Of a stretch of 64,000 nt of DNA, positions 19,910-30,018 are shown piece by piece. The stretch lies in contig PIVM01000007.1 of the NCBI GenBank assembly GCA_003353945.1, forward strand, positions 5,127 through 69,126, given 5' to 3'. Below the pieces are notes generated by a model that was given only the letters and a program-made list of their open reading frames with translations, made no database searches and was not told where the DNA came from. The stretch is from Gammaproteobacteria bacterium (GTDB taxonomy: Bacteria; Pseudomonadota; Gammaproteobacteria; Pseudomonadales; PIVM01). How positions within the stretch are numbered: the stretch's first letter is position 1; each line of letters opens with the position of its first letter. A program made the position numbers and the translations under genes.

Positions 19910-20428
19910 ATGCAACGCGGATTCACTCTACTGGAAACACTCATTGTTATTTCTCTACTGGCCATTCTAAGCACACTAGCCATACCCAGCTTCCAACATA
20001 GTCAGAAAAAAAACCAAGCCGACAGAGCTATCTCTCAGTTACAAAATGCTCTTTCGCTGGCACGTCAGACAGCCATCAATCAGAGAAGCCGGACTATTGT
20101 TTGCCCAAGCATTGATGGCCGGCAATGCGAACAACAGTCCGACTGGCTACCAGGCTTTATCGCTTTTATCGATCTAAACCATTCGAACCAGTACGAACCC
20201 GACGAGGAGCGAGCAGGCTTGCTACAACGTCACTATAGTATGCGTGGCGCCCAGTTTTATTCCAGCCGTAACTTAGTCAGTTTTAACAGCTACGGCCAAA
20301 CCAACGGCACACCACAGACATTTAACTATTGTGACCAAAGCAGTAATCCGCTTTACGCTCGTCGCCTACGAATAAACCTACAAGGACGATTAGCGCTGGA
20401 TCACGATGCGACTTGCCAAGTCGACTAA
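19910..20428 (+). CDS. fimT: Type IV pilus minor pilin FimT (GspH family)
   Basis: Prepilin leader MQRG/FTLLETLIVISLLAIL. 172 aa. Its position after pilSR matches the Pseudomonas arrangement. Confidence 0.7.
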   Translation: MQRGFTLLETLIVISLLAILSTLAIPSFQHSQKKNQADRAISQLQNALSLARQTAINQRSRTIVCPSIDGRQCEQQSDWLPGFIAFIDLNHSNQYEPDEERAGLLQRHYSMRGAQFYSSRNLVSFNSYGQTNGTPQTFNYCDQSSNPLYARRLRINLQGRLALDHDATCQVD

Positions 20429-20901
20429 CCTGCCTCACAATCCTCGTCACTCAATTCCTGATAACTTGATTGCAAATTCCAACATTGTCCTTCAATGTTA
20501 TCAGAACCTCGTTCACCGGCATGATTCAGTACCAGCGTGCCACAGGGATCATTTATCTGCCGACCGTCTTCAACGGGAATTGCCTTCAACTCAAAACATT
20601 TTTCACCCGCACGCGATATGCTGAGGTCATAGACTTTTTCAGTGCCAGTAAATGGCACCTGCTGAGCAAAAAAACGTGGCGGACCCGTATCTCCACTTTC
20701 AGCTGCATCACGATAGCTGTAGCGTTTGGCATAATGTCGCTCCATCGCCTGGCGCAACAACTGCAGACTCTGCTCTGCCTCTTTTCGTCGAGTCTTTCGC
20801 TGTATATGCTCATAACTTGGAACAGCTATTGTGACCAATAATGAGACAATGGCAATTACAACCATCAGTTCCACTAATGTCATGCCCAATAATAATTTCA
20901 A
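20425..20901 (-). CDS. pilE: Type IV pilin-like protein PilE (set 1)
   Basis: The longest ORF extends to 20958, but a TTG at 20901 gives a classic short leader, MKLLLG/MTLVELMVVIAIVSLL. That start also removes the overlap with pilY1. Confidence 0.7.
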   Translation of the reverse strand: MKLLLGMTLVELMVVIAIVSLLVTIAVPSYEHIQRKTRRKEAEQSLQLLRQAMERHYAKRYSYRDAAESGDTGPPRFFAQQVPFTGTEKVYDLSISRAGEKCFELKAIPVEDGRQINDPCGTLVLNHAGERGSDNIEGQCWNLQSSYQELSDEDCEAG

Positions 20902-20921
20902 ACACACAACACTATTGACAT

Positions 20922-23900
20922 TCACTCTTGCAACACTTTCCACCGCCATCGTCCCCACCGTATTCCTTCACTAACCTTAATCAACCCATCAGCGTCAATA
21001 CACAAGCCACCGTCACAAGCAACACTGATAACATCATTGCTTGTAATAGATCGCTTCAAACCAGCCGTTGACAGCCCCCCAATCGAATCATGCCGATCAA
21101 ATTCACCGTCACCATTATGATCGAAAGTTTGAGATCGTGTCCTACCCCCCGTTGTTCTATCCAAAGCCATTAACCAACTATCACCACCCGATTTACAAGC
21201 ATCCTCAGACGGGACGATGCTATTAATAAACAACAGCGGGCCAAGCAGTATGGGCTGTGCAATAATTTTTTCACCCTGTTCGTGGTTTAGATCAAGAACC
21301 CAGCCCTGATGTTCATCCCAGTCAATGGAACGCTCACTGACCGATCGCCTATTTCCCTGCTGCGCGCTGATGTATTGTGCTAATAAGTCGGCTCTGTCTA
21401 CGCTCGAAGGCACATGCATCAAAGGCGCTTGTAGCTGCTCACAAGGAACGGTTTGACGATTTTCTCTGCATTGGTTTTTATCCCATATAGCGTATACGCT
21501 TTGCACACTCGCATCACTCTGATCGCCATATTCAAGATATTGGCCAGTACCAAAATACACCATCAATCCACCCAAGCCGGCCGGATGCCCACCAACAACT
21601 GGGGCTGCCGTAATAGGCTGAACAACACCGTCAACCCGTGCTGTAAATAGGGGGCCTGCCCGATCAGACAGCGATCTCCCATTAGCGACACGCCAATCCG
21701 ACGGATTATCAGAGCTAATATCAAACTTCCAAAGATTGCCACGCAGATCGCCCGCATACACATAATCGGCCTTGTAATCGGCGTTGTTATACACCGCCGC
21801 CGGCGTTGCCAGCCCATTGGGGTTGAGCCGATCACCCATTCCCGTTGTGATCTTTCTTAGCAATTTTCCGGTTTCAATATCAACGACAAATAACACGGCC
21901 TGGCCACTGCCCACCTGCCCATCGTTCTGTGTCGCATTGTATCCATTGCCAAAAATGACCACCCAACGACCATTACTACCACTACTTTGATAGTTCGATT
22001 TCACAATAACAGGCTTTGAAAAACTGAAACCCAAATCAGGATCATCTCTATCACTGAACTCCCAACGCACTACCTTACTGAATCGGTCGGAACGAAAATT
22101 TCCTGGTTCAGTAATATCCAACCCGAAATAAGCCTGACCACCAGTGCGCAAACCACCGACAAGCATCGTATGCCACTGGCCTCCATAAAAAACATCCGCA
22201 GCATTGAGAACCCCGTCCACCATGGCTATCGGAGCAGTTTGGCGGGCAGTTAATTGTGATAGCCTGGAGATAAGAGCATTGGGTACGTAGCTGAACAGCT
22301 CACGCCCCCCCGTAAGCGGATCAGCATCATAAGCGTGCAACATACCATCGTTGCTACCGATATATACCAGTGGAAGTCGCTGATAGATTCCCGCATCACA
22401 TGACTCGATCAAACCATCCTGATTACTGTCGTGTGGAGAACTGCAAATAAACTCGCTATGAGACTGGCCGCCACTCTCCATATCATCCGGATAACGCAAC
22501 TGCCATGCACCCTGCGGGGAAAAACCATTGCCAACCAATAGCGGCGTCGAATTGATAATCGGCCCCAGCGATGCCGACTGGCGATCTCGAAAAGGACCAC
22601 CGAATTGTTGTTCCTGGGCTCTTTCTCCACGAATATAACGGACTCGTTTTTCACCAAGCCCATCCCGATCAAGTATTCTCTGCTGCTCCAAATTTAGACC
22701 ATCAGTCATCCATTGAAACTGAATACCTCGCCGGCCCAACTCTTTCGCCGGATCATAACTGGCCACTAGTCTCTCAGAGGATCGTAGTGATTGATTGACC
22801 TCCATCGCATCCCAATAGGCTGCGCTTTGTTGATCGACTTGTGTCGCTGCTACCGACGATAAAGCCAGCAAATGGCCGCTATTTTCTTGAGTATTAAATT
22901 GCGCTTGGTATAACACGTCTCCTGTTGAAAAAGAGCTTGTATTCAGCACTGATGATGAGTACTCGCGTTGAAGATCCATGACTGGCAAGCCAGTTTCCCT
23001 CAAGCGGCCAAACTGCTCTCGATGATAAAATCCACCTCGACTATTAATTGCAGCATGTAACAAATCATCAACACGTCCCAGGGAAGTATCAGGACCATTC
23101 TCTACCGCCAGCTCCGTCCATCCATTCTGACGGTCTCCCCGCTGATTGCTAAAGGCCTCACCCCTCGCCATAGACTGAAACACGGACTCATCAATCGGCA
23201 CCAGTCCACTAGCACCCGGCGAGATAATATAGTTTGCCATGTGTTGCCAACTTGCCGGATCGTTCTGATAGTGCCAATAAGCACTATCAGAATCACTCAA
23301 TTCAGAAGCCGAGTGTCGCATAGAAAATCGAACATCGTTTGGCAAGTCTTCGCGTAAATCTTGCGCCCAATAGGTAAAAGCCAAATCAGCAAGTGTCGAT
23401 TGTTGTGCATCTGCAAAGAGCAACTGCTCCTGAGGCTGATAGACCGTACCATCAGGCAATAGAGTGGTTTTATGATCGGGATAGTCGGCGCTTTGCAAAG
23501 TCTGATAATTGGACTGTCCATCACTGATCAATACATGATAGTTCGCTCGACAACTCACTTCTTGTCCGCTGTCCTTTCTGTCCCATGGCCGTTCACGATA
23601 AACACTTTGCGAGCCACTACCTCTGAAAAATTCTCCGGCCGATTCAAACAGTCCACTGACATGCCTATCATTAGCAACCTCAAGACTATAAAACCACTGA
23701 AACAGATTAGCTCTTTCTGACTCACTCAATCGTTGCAACGCATTTGGTGCTTTTGTTTCGGAACCGGAACGAGATTGCATAGCATCCATACTTTGGTAAG
23801 CGACCCGAACAACACTCGACAATTTTTCCGGTGAAAACAGATAACTACTTATCGCCTTTGAGGCAAGAATTTTTAGTGAATAGTACTGATACCAATTGGC

Positions 23901-24572
23901 AAAATTGACTCGTTCATCCCGACTGAGTTGCCCGCCCAGTTCCGGTCTACTGCGCATGTCACCTGAAATTTCAGTGACTGGCACAAATCGGTAACAAGCA
24001 TTATTAAGCGATTTTTCCTCTTCCGCACCAACACAAGCCGCAGGATTTAACGCCACATCAAAACGATAATAATATGCCGCACCATCTCTGTACGCATCAC
24101 TTTCATCCGGTGCATAGCGCGGATGTAAACCTAATCCATCCTCACTCCAGCGTGGATTATATTCACCAGACAAATCAATCCCCGCCGTAGAAGCAAGCCG
24201 TTTTTGCGTAGCGTTCAAATAGTTATTGTTGTAACTGTTAAGAAAATCCGCAGAAGGTAAATCATTGCCAAACGCATCTTTTGGAGGGAGGTAATCTATA
24301 GAGGGATCATAATACATGACATTATAATGGCTGGACTTCACCGCCCTAAGCGCATACTGCCCCTTTGTACCCAGGCTGTCGGGCGAAAATCCACGAAACA
24401 TACTGGGCGAATTGTCAAAACTAATCAAAATGTTCGGTGCAACCTTCGGCACAATATGCGGTGGCACGGAAAAAAGGGACATTTCCTCTGCCTGCAAATT
24501 GATTATCCCAAAACACACCACAACGGCTATAATCCCTATCATCCTTGATAGTCGATTCATCATAAATCCCAA
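20922..24572 (-). CDS. pilY1: PilY1 pilus-tip adhesin / biogenesis factor (set 1)
   Basis: 1216 aa with a signal peptide. N-terminal DxSxS (FDNSPSM, nt 24402-24416). C-terminal PilY1-type propeller region with an EF-hand-like DHNGDGEFD (nt 21096-21122). Confidence 0.85.
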   Translation of the reverse strand: MGFMMNRLSRMIGIIAVVVCFGIINLQAEEMSLFSVPPHIVPKVAPNILISFDNSPSMFRGFSPDSLGTKGQYALRAVKSSHYNVMYYDPSIDYLPPKDAFGNDLPSADFLNSYNNNYLNATQKRLASTAGIDLSGEYNPRWSEDGLGLHPRYAPDESDAYRDGAAYYYRFDVALNPAACVGAEEEKSLNNACYRFVPVTEISGDMRSRPELGGQLSRDERVNFANWYQYYSLKILASKAISSYLFSPEKLSSVVRVAYQSMDAMQSRSGSETKAPNALQRLSESERANLFQWFYSLEVANDRHVSGLFESAGEFFRGSGSQSVYRERPWDRKDSGQEVSCRANYHVLISDGQSNYQTLQSADYPDHKTTLLPDGTVYQPQEQLLFADAQQSTLADLAFTYWAQDLREDLPNDVRFSMRHSASELSDSDSAYWHYQNDPASWQHMANYIISPGASGLVPIDESVFQSMARGEAFSNQRGDRQNGWTELAVENGPDTSLGRVDDLLHAAINSRGGFYHREQFGRLRETGLPVMDLQREYSSSVLNTSSFSTGDVLYQAQFNTQENSGHLLALSSVAATQVDQQSAAYWDAMEVNQSLRSSERLVASYDPAKELGRRGIQFQWMTDGLNLEQQRILDRDGLGEKRVRYIRGERAQEQQFGGPFRDRQSASLGPIINSTPLLVGNGFSPQGAWQLRYPDDMESGGQSHSEFICSSPHDSNQDGLIESCDAGIYQRLPLVYIGSNDGMLHAYDADPLTGGRELFSYVPNALISRLSQLTARQTAPIAMVDGVLNAADVFYGGQWHTMLVGGLRTGGQAYFGLDITEPGNFRSDRFSKVVRWEFSDRDDPDLGFSFSKPVIVKSNYQSSGSNGRWVVIFGNGYNATQNDGQVGSGQAVLFVVDIETGKLLRKITTGMGDRLNPNGLATPAAVYNNADYKADYVYAGDLRGNLWKFDISSDNPSDWRVANGRSLSDRAGPLFTARVDGVVQPITAAPVVGGHPAGLGGLMVYFGTGQYLEYGDQSDASVQSVYAIWDKNQCRENRQTVPCEQLQAPLMHVPSSVDRADLLAQYISAQQGNRRSVSERSIDWDEHQGWVLDLNHEQGEKIIAQPILLGPLLFINSIVPSEDACKSGGDSWLMALDRTTGGRTRSQTFDHNGDGEFDRHDSIGGLSTAGLKRSITSNDVISVACDGGLCIDADGLIKVSEGIRWGRWRWKVLQE

Positions 24573-24579
24573 TCACTTT

Positions 24580-25191
24580 TTAATACAATCGCTTGATAAA
24601 ATGACTTTGCAGTACAACTGCCAGCGACTCGTTTTCTGTTCGATTGAAAGCACTGCCAACCGAGCGCGCAGTAATCCTGAAGTGATACACACCTGCAGCT
24701 CGTTGCGCATCACCGCTGCTATCCGCCATTACATCATCTACACCAGCGTGATAAGCATAAAACGACTGCATCCCCTGTTGCTGGCTTGATGACGTATTCA
24801 ACAGCTCTACGTAACACTGTGGCGCTTGCACGAGCGCTCCGGCCTGTTCATCATCAGCAAACGCCAATTCCTCAACCGCCATACCGTGATGTAACCAGAA
24901 TTGCGTATCCTGCCACCATCGTTCACCAAACGCTGATACTGCTTCAGCCTGATGATGCACATCAGGCATTGCTTCAATATCAATAGCGAAACGTAGTCCA
25001 TCGATTTGTTTTTCACAGAAAGCCAGTGCTGACTCAGCACCTTGAAAAGCTCTGTTATCATCGTTCAGACTGCTGACCATCTTTTCCTGCAAAATAGTAC
25101 TGTTAAGACTGCTGCTCGCCAGAAAACCCAACATTAACAAAATCATCAGCGCAATGACCAAAACCACTCCCTGCTGGCGCTGATAATTCAC
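24580..25191 (-). CDS. pilX: Minor pilin PilX (set 1)
   Basis: 203 aa. The N-terminus QRQQGVVLVIALMILLMLGFLASSSL is a typical PilX_N hydrophobic segment. The gene sits between pilW and pilY1. Confidence 0.7.
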   Translation of the reverse strand: MNYQRQQGVVLVIALMILLMLGFLASSSLNSTILQEKMVSSLNDDNRAFQGAESALAFCEKQIDGLRFAIDIEAMPDVHHQAEAVSAFGERWWQDTQFWLHHGMAVEELAFADDEQAGALVQAPQCYVELLNTSSSQQQGMQSFYAYHAGVDDVMADSSGDAQRAAGVYHFRITARSVGSAFNRTENESLAVVLQSHFIKRLY

Positions 25192-26060
25192 AATGAAAAG
25201 CTCTGATTACGTAGTCGTATTCCCTGAGTAAACACTGCCCTGATTTTTCCATCGTGAAAAGACAGTGTCTCATCCAACAACTGATAGCTTTGTTCCTGCG
25301 CACCCGTTTCCTCCGTCCTTGCACCACCATTCACAAGACCACTGTTCACCAATAGCGCAAGCCGCAGCGATGTCACATTTAACCACTCACTGTCACCGTG
25401 CTCATCTTCGCTGATGTCGGAGGCTGTTATATACTTGTCTGTCGCATTGTCATGATTATTATCAACGCCATAGAGTAACTGCATATCCTCAATACCTTCC
25501 ACTAGTGCAGCAGATACCCGACGTCCACCAGCGTTACGAGCACCACGACAGCGAAGCACATCATCAGTATCGACATAAAAAGAAATAATCACTTCCAATT
25601 CGGCATCAGCATCCAGATTGGTATTCATACAGTCTTTAAATAAACCCGATTCATTTTTCTGGTAACGAATATGCAACACATCTGTTTGCTCTTTGACACC
25701 ACGCACCATGCTGCCATCAAGACCGGTCACAACCGCTCCAGCCACAAAACTGGCCTCAGTCACATCAAAATCGCTTAACGTTAGAAAATCGTTCTGCGCA
25801 GACTGGTTACTGCTGACGTATTTTGAAAGATCAATCTGATTAACATATCCGGCACGACGAACCTGTTTTTCGATAAACTGCAGTGCAAAGCGACCGTTCT
25901 GCTGCAACAAAGCCTGTTGTCGCTGCACTGAGAAGCTAGCAACACCCGCCAAATAAGCCTGAACCACAGCACTCATTAGCACTAAGGACAACGCCATGGC
26001 AATCAGCAGTTCTACCAAGGTATGGCCTTGAAGTTCCCGATGGACTCCTCTAAGCAACAC
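25188..26060 (-). CDS. pilW: Minor pilin PilW (set 1)
   Basis: The longest ORF extends to 26108. A GTG at 26060, preceded by GGGGGAAG, gives the leader MLLRGVHRELQG/HTLVELLIAMAL. C-terminal ..RAVFTQGIRLRN is PilW-like. Confidence 0.75.
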   Translation of the reverse strand: MLLRGVHRELQGHTLVELLIAMALSLVLMSAVVQAYLAGVASFSVQRQQALLQQNGRFALQFIEKQVRRAGYVNQIDLSKYVSSNQSAQNDFLTLSDFDVTEASFVAGAVVTGLDGSMVRGVKEQTDVLHIRYQKNESGLFKDCMNTNLDADAELEVIISFYVDTDDVLRCRGARNAGGRRVSAALVEGIEDMQLLYGVDNNHDNATDKYITASDISEDEHGDSEWLNVTSLRLALLVNSGLVNGGARTEETGAQEQSYQLLDETLSFHDGKIRAVFTQGIRLRNQSFSL

Positions 26061-26074
26061 TCTTCCCCCAACAT

Positions 26075-26590
26075 TCAGTCTCCAACAAACAACAGCAACA
26101 CCAAACAACTGCGTTCCAGCATTTCACCCCGAATACATGATTCTTCTTCTGACACTAATTCTGATTCATGACGCGTCTGCTTTTCATGCCAGTAAATACT
26201 TATCTCGTAAGCACCCGCTTGTGCCAAGGCGATGATTCTGGCACGACCTTCAGGCAGCATCCTTGTATCGGTTATTCTTTGTGTCCAATCTGCCAAATCA
26301 GATTCCGCCAACACCGCCGCATCACAGGCTGCATTTGATCCTGTGCAATCCTGTGGATCTCCGCCGGACGGTCCACCGTCGTGTAGATAATATCCTTCAT
26401 GGACACCCGCAGGATTATTGCGCATACGCTCAGCCATATCTCGCAACAGCAAATCAGCCTGCGTACGGAAATAGGTATTATGGGATTGTTGCAGTGCAAC
26501 AGACTGCATGCTGGCCACCCCTAAAAAACCGATGGACAGCAAAAAAAGAGTGATGACAACTTCAAGTAGAGTAAAACCGCTATTTACCAT
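26075..26590 (-). CDS. pilV: Minor pilin PilV (set 1)
   Basis: Leader MVNSG/FTLLEVVITLFLLSIGFLGVASMQ is a classic PilV N-terminus. 171 aa. Confidence 0.8.
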   Translation of the reverse strand: MVNSGFTLLEVVITLFLLSIGFLGVASMQSVALQQSHNTYFRTQADLLLRDMAERMRNNPAGVHEGYYLHDGGPSGGDPQDCTGSNAACDAAVLAESDLADWTQRITDTRMLPEGRARIIALAQAGAYEISIYWHEKQTRHESELVSEEESCIRGEMLERSCLVLLLFVGD

Positions 26591-27015
26591 ACCAATCCCT
26601 GGTTATCTTGGGTCTACTATCAACAATAGTGAAAAACTATTTTGGCATTCCATTCGCCATGCGCTTACACCGCCGCTTATCATACTTATCTAACGATGAA
26701 ACTCAATACATTTTTTGTGGATGACTAATCCGATTTTTTATCGGGATGATCCAGAAATGTCTAGATGACTGATGATTTCTCGAATCCTATCCGTGCCTCC
26801 AATATCAAACAGAGCGTGACCCAGTTCTCACTGTAAACTTACCCGACAACTCTAAATACACCTACATCCATGAAGAAAACAGCTCAGACCTCCTTTCAGC
26901 CACTAAAAAGCTCCGATTATCCGATACACCAACTATCTCCCGTTTTGGCTGCTATTGTATATATTGAGGGTGTCCCTCTTTAGAACTTTATCTGGATTTC
27001 AAAGTGAGGCAAGAG

Positions 27016-27672
27016 ATGAAATCACTGGGCTCATACCGCAAAAGCATGGCAGGGATGACACTTGTGGAGCTTATAATAGCTGGCGCCATGGCGGCCATTA
27101 TGATGACCATAGCTATTCCTTCAATGAAGACCTGGAGCGCAAAACGCCAGATTAATGCAGAGTACCGTGAAATCAAAGAAGCATTTAGGTCCGCCCGTGA
27201 CCTGGCTCGATCCAATGAGGAATTTCCGTTTGCCTCGATATGTCCCAGCGCTGATGGTACTGCTTGCAATGGTACAGGCTGGAAGGATGGCTGGATTGTC
27301 TTTGGTGATCTAAACGGCAATGGTACTTTCGAAGACGCTAACGACCGGATATTTCTGGTTCAGGATAAACTCTCCAGTGGTAGTTTAATTAAGATTGAAG
27401 ACGAGGATCGTAACACCCGCAGTGGTGCAGTTACCTATAACTCTAATGGATATACATCAGCTTTGAGAAGATTTAACAATGCAGATGCAGAATCTTTGAT
27501 TGTGACTTTCTGCAACAGCATCGCCCTCGGATCTGACGGCAATGCTGACGCAAGCTATGCCCGTGGCGTTATATTAGCACCTGCGGGCATTGTTAGAAAT
27601 ACCATTGATTATGATGGCAACGGGACCCATGAATTTCCAGAAAATGAGGAATTGACATGCCCAGCAAGCTAA
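27016..27672 (+). CDS. fimU: Minor pilin FimU (GspH family)
   Basis: An ATG at 27016 follows GAGG (the track starts at a GTG at 27004). Leader MKSLGSYRKSMAG/MTLVELIIAGAM. First gene of the plus-strand minor-pilin operon. Confidence 0.7.
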   Translation: MKSLGSYRKSMAGMTLVELIIAGAMAAIMMTIAIPSMKTWSAKRQINAEYREIKEAFRSARDLARSNEEFPFASICPSADGTACNGTGWKDGWIVFGDLNGNGTFEDANDRIFLVQDKLSSGSLIKIEDEDRNTRSGAVTYNSNGYTSALRRFNNADAESLIVTFCNSIALGSDGNADASYARGVILAPAGIVRNTIDYDGNGTHEFPENEELTCPAS

Positions 27673-28238
27673 CAACAAAGCAAGGTGGTTTCACGCTGAT
27701 AGAGATGATGGCCTCGTTTCTCATTCTCGCTATTGGATTGTTAGGCATGATGAGTTTGCAAAATGCCAGTATTACCAGTGGGCGAGACGTATTCTATCGT
27801 CTGCAGGCAGCCCAATTGGCCCAGGATATGGCTGATCGCATCAGAGCCAACCGTCTCGCATCAGCAGATGCTGCAAGGGATTATGATCTACCAAGCCCGG
27901 CAGATCATGGCTGTAATGCAATAGACAGTAACTGCACACCTCAGCAAATGGCTCAAACTGATTTTTCTACTTGGACTGAACGAGTAGCACAGCTATTACC
28001 CAATGGCACAGGTACCGTATGCATAGACTCGAGCATGAATGATGGGCCTGATGTTGATGACGCTGCTTGTGATGGGACTGGAAACGCTTATGCCATCAAA
28101 CTGTGGTGGTATGAAGGGGATACGGAAGAAAATTTGGCTGCCGCTGCCGCTGCGGGAGGCGGTGAAATAACAACTGCCGACCTGGTGCATATGGATATTA
28201 CAGACGGCCCTTCAATGGTTGTTGGAATTGTTCCTTAA
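27657..28238 (+). CDS. pilV: Minor pilin PilV (set 2)
   Basis: Leader MPSKLTTKQGG/FTLIEMMASFLILAIGLLGMMSLQ. 193 aa. Confidence 0.8.
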   Translation: MPSKLTTKQGGFTLIEMMASFLILAIGLLGMMSLQNASITSGRDVFYRLQAAQLAQDMADRIRANRLASADAARDYDLPSPADHGCNAIDSNCTPQQMAQTDFSTWTERVAQLLPNGTGTVCIDSSMNDGPDVDDAACDGTGNAYAIKLWWYEGDTEENLAAAAAAGGGEITTADLVHMDITDGPSMVVGIVP

Positions 28239-28249
28239 TTTAGTGAGTA

Positions 28250-29371
28250 TTGATGATGAAAAAAATGCAATCCGGATTTTCCTTACTCGAACTGTTAGTG
28301 ACGATGGTCATAAGCATCATCATCTTGACCGGTGTGATCAATGTGGCATCGGGCTCATTGGGCTCTAATAAAGCGCTGGAAAATATGGCTGCTATGCAGG
28401 ACAGTGCGCGGTTTGCCGTTGACATGATGGCACGTGATATTCGTCAAGCGGGTTATACCGGTTGTCGCGCGTACGCCAGTTCTGATAGTGAGGGTTCAAT
28501 GCGCGCTATTTACAGCAAAAGCGATATTTTTCAGGATCAGATACTAAAAGGGATCCAGGGCTGGAATGCTAATGCATCACCCAATGCGGGCATGGTGACG
28601 GCTAGTACAGTTAGAGCGTCAACCGACGGTTCTAGCTGGACGTCTTCAGGAGACAATGTCTTTACTGATGCCTATCCTCAGGCTCTGGCAAGCAGTGATT
28701 TGCTGCGGCTTTGGACTGTGGAAGAGGGGGTAGAGCTTGCACAAGAAAACGCGATAAAAAACGAAGATGGAACGATCATCCTAACAACTGCGCGAGCAAC
28801 TAACGAATTTTTAGCCGGGGATATCATTGTATTTGCCAATTGCGCCTATAGAGCCATAGCGCAGGCGTGCAGTGTCAACAGTGCTGCTGGCAGCACAACC
28901 ATTACGATCCAAGACGGCAGCTCTGAAACCTGTGCAAACACCATTGAAGGTGAATTTGACACTTCGCAGGTGGGAGCTGTGGTTACTCGATTTGCAGGCA
29001 TTAGTTACTTTATTGGAAAACGCGATGAGCACGAAAAAACACAGCCGTCACTTTATCGTGCTGAAGGTGACGCAGTGCGCGAGCTGGTTGAAGGTGTTGA
29101 GAGTATGCAGATACTATACGGTGTTGATACCGATACAGGTGATGACATCCCCAGCGTCAATGTGTATGTAACCGCCGATCAGGTAGGTGATCGATGGAAC
29201 GATGTGGTCAGTGTACGTATCTCATTATTGATGCGCAGCTTCGAAGAAAACGTGGTTCCTGAAGACACCACTTTCACTTTTTATGGCGCCGACGGCACTT
29301 CTACGGACGGCAGAATTCGGCATGTTTATTCAACGACGATTACCCTGCGTAATCGTGTGTCAGGCGTATAA
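28250..29371 (+). CDS. pilW: Minor pilin PilW (set 2)
   Basis: Leader MMMKKMQSG/FSLLELLVTMVISIIIL. C-terminal ..RHVYSTTITLRNR is PilW-like. 373 aa. Confidence 0.8.
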   Translation: MMMKKMQSGFSLLELLVTMVISIIILTGVINVASGSLGSNKALENMAAMQDSARFAVDMMARDIRQAGYTGCRAYASSDSEGSMRAIYSKSDIFQDQILKGIQGWNANASPNAGMVTASTVRASTDGSSWTSSGDNVFTDAYPQALASSDLLRLWTVEEGVELAQENAIKNEDGTIILTTARATNEFLAGDIIVFANCAYRAIAQACSVNSAAGSTTITIQDGSSETCANTIEGEFDTSQVGAVVTRFAGISYFIGKRDEHEKTQPSLYRAEGDAVRELVEGVESMQILYGVDTDTGDDIPSVNVYVTADQVGDRWNDVVSVRISLLMRSFEENVVPEDTTFTFYGADGTSTDGRIRHVYSTTITLRNRVSGV

Positions 29372-29410
29372 CTGATCAATGCAATTCAGTAAAAAACGAG
29401 TGATATTATT

Positions 29411-29971
29411 ATGAACGCAATACCACGATTTCAAAGTAAGCAAAATGGTGCCGCATTGGTCATTAGCCTTGTTATTTTGCTTGGTGTGACTGCGATAGCT
29501 GTTAGCAGCATGCACGGTAGTTCAGTGCAGCAAAAAGTAGTGGCAAATTATATTGATGACGATCTGGCATTTCAGGCTGCCGAGATAGCCCTGCGCGAAG
29601 GCGAGACCTGGATTATGGACCAGAAGGCAAACGGGGAGACTCTTGGGCCTGGTGACACATTGCCCAATGGAAACGTGCTGGGTGTAGAGGAAGCGTCCTC
29701 AGGCTGGTGGGTAGATGATGACAGCACGGCATGGGATAAAGGCACGACAATTTCTTCAGCGGTCTTTTCATTAGTCGATGACCCGCCGCTGTATGTGGTT
29801 GAAGCTCTGGGTAGAACGGCCATTGCGGGGGGCAGCAAAGATGCAACTGAGGACTCAGGAAAACTGTCCTTTTACCGTATCACTTCCCGAGGTGTCGGCC
29901 TAGCAAAGCGTAGTGATAATACGGCTGTTCATGTGGTGGTTTTGCAAACCACATTCAGTATGCCGTTATAA
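29411..29971 (+). CDS. pilX: Minor pilin PilX (set 2)
   Basis: 186 aa. NGAALVISLVILLGVTAIAVSSM is a hydrophobic N-terminus. C-terminal FYRITSRGVG matches the FRITARSVG of set-1 PilX. Confidence 0.7.
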   Translation: MNAIPRFQSKQNGAALVISLVILLGVTAIAVSSMHGSSVQQKVVANYIDDDLAFQAAEIALREGETWIMDQKANGETLGPGDTLPNGNVLGVEEASSGWWVDDDSTAWDKGTTISSAVFSLVDDPPLYVVEALGRTAIAGGSKDATEDSGKLSFYRITSRGVGLAKRSDNTAVHVVVLQTTFSMPL

Positions 29972-30018
29972 AATATTATTTTTCTCTCCTTATAAACAGG
30001 CATTGCGGAGAAGTTGTT

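Noticed and set aside
20406-20841. Plus-strand ORFs (72, 123 and 60 aa) antisense to set-1 pilE.
   Set aside because: The minus-strand reading gives a canonical prepilin leader and pilin fold features. The plus-strand ORFs have no features.
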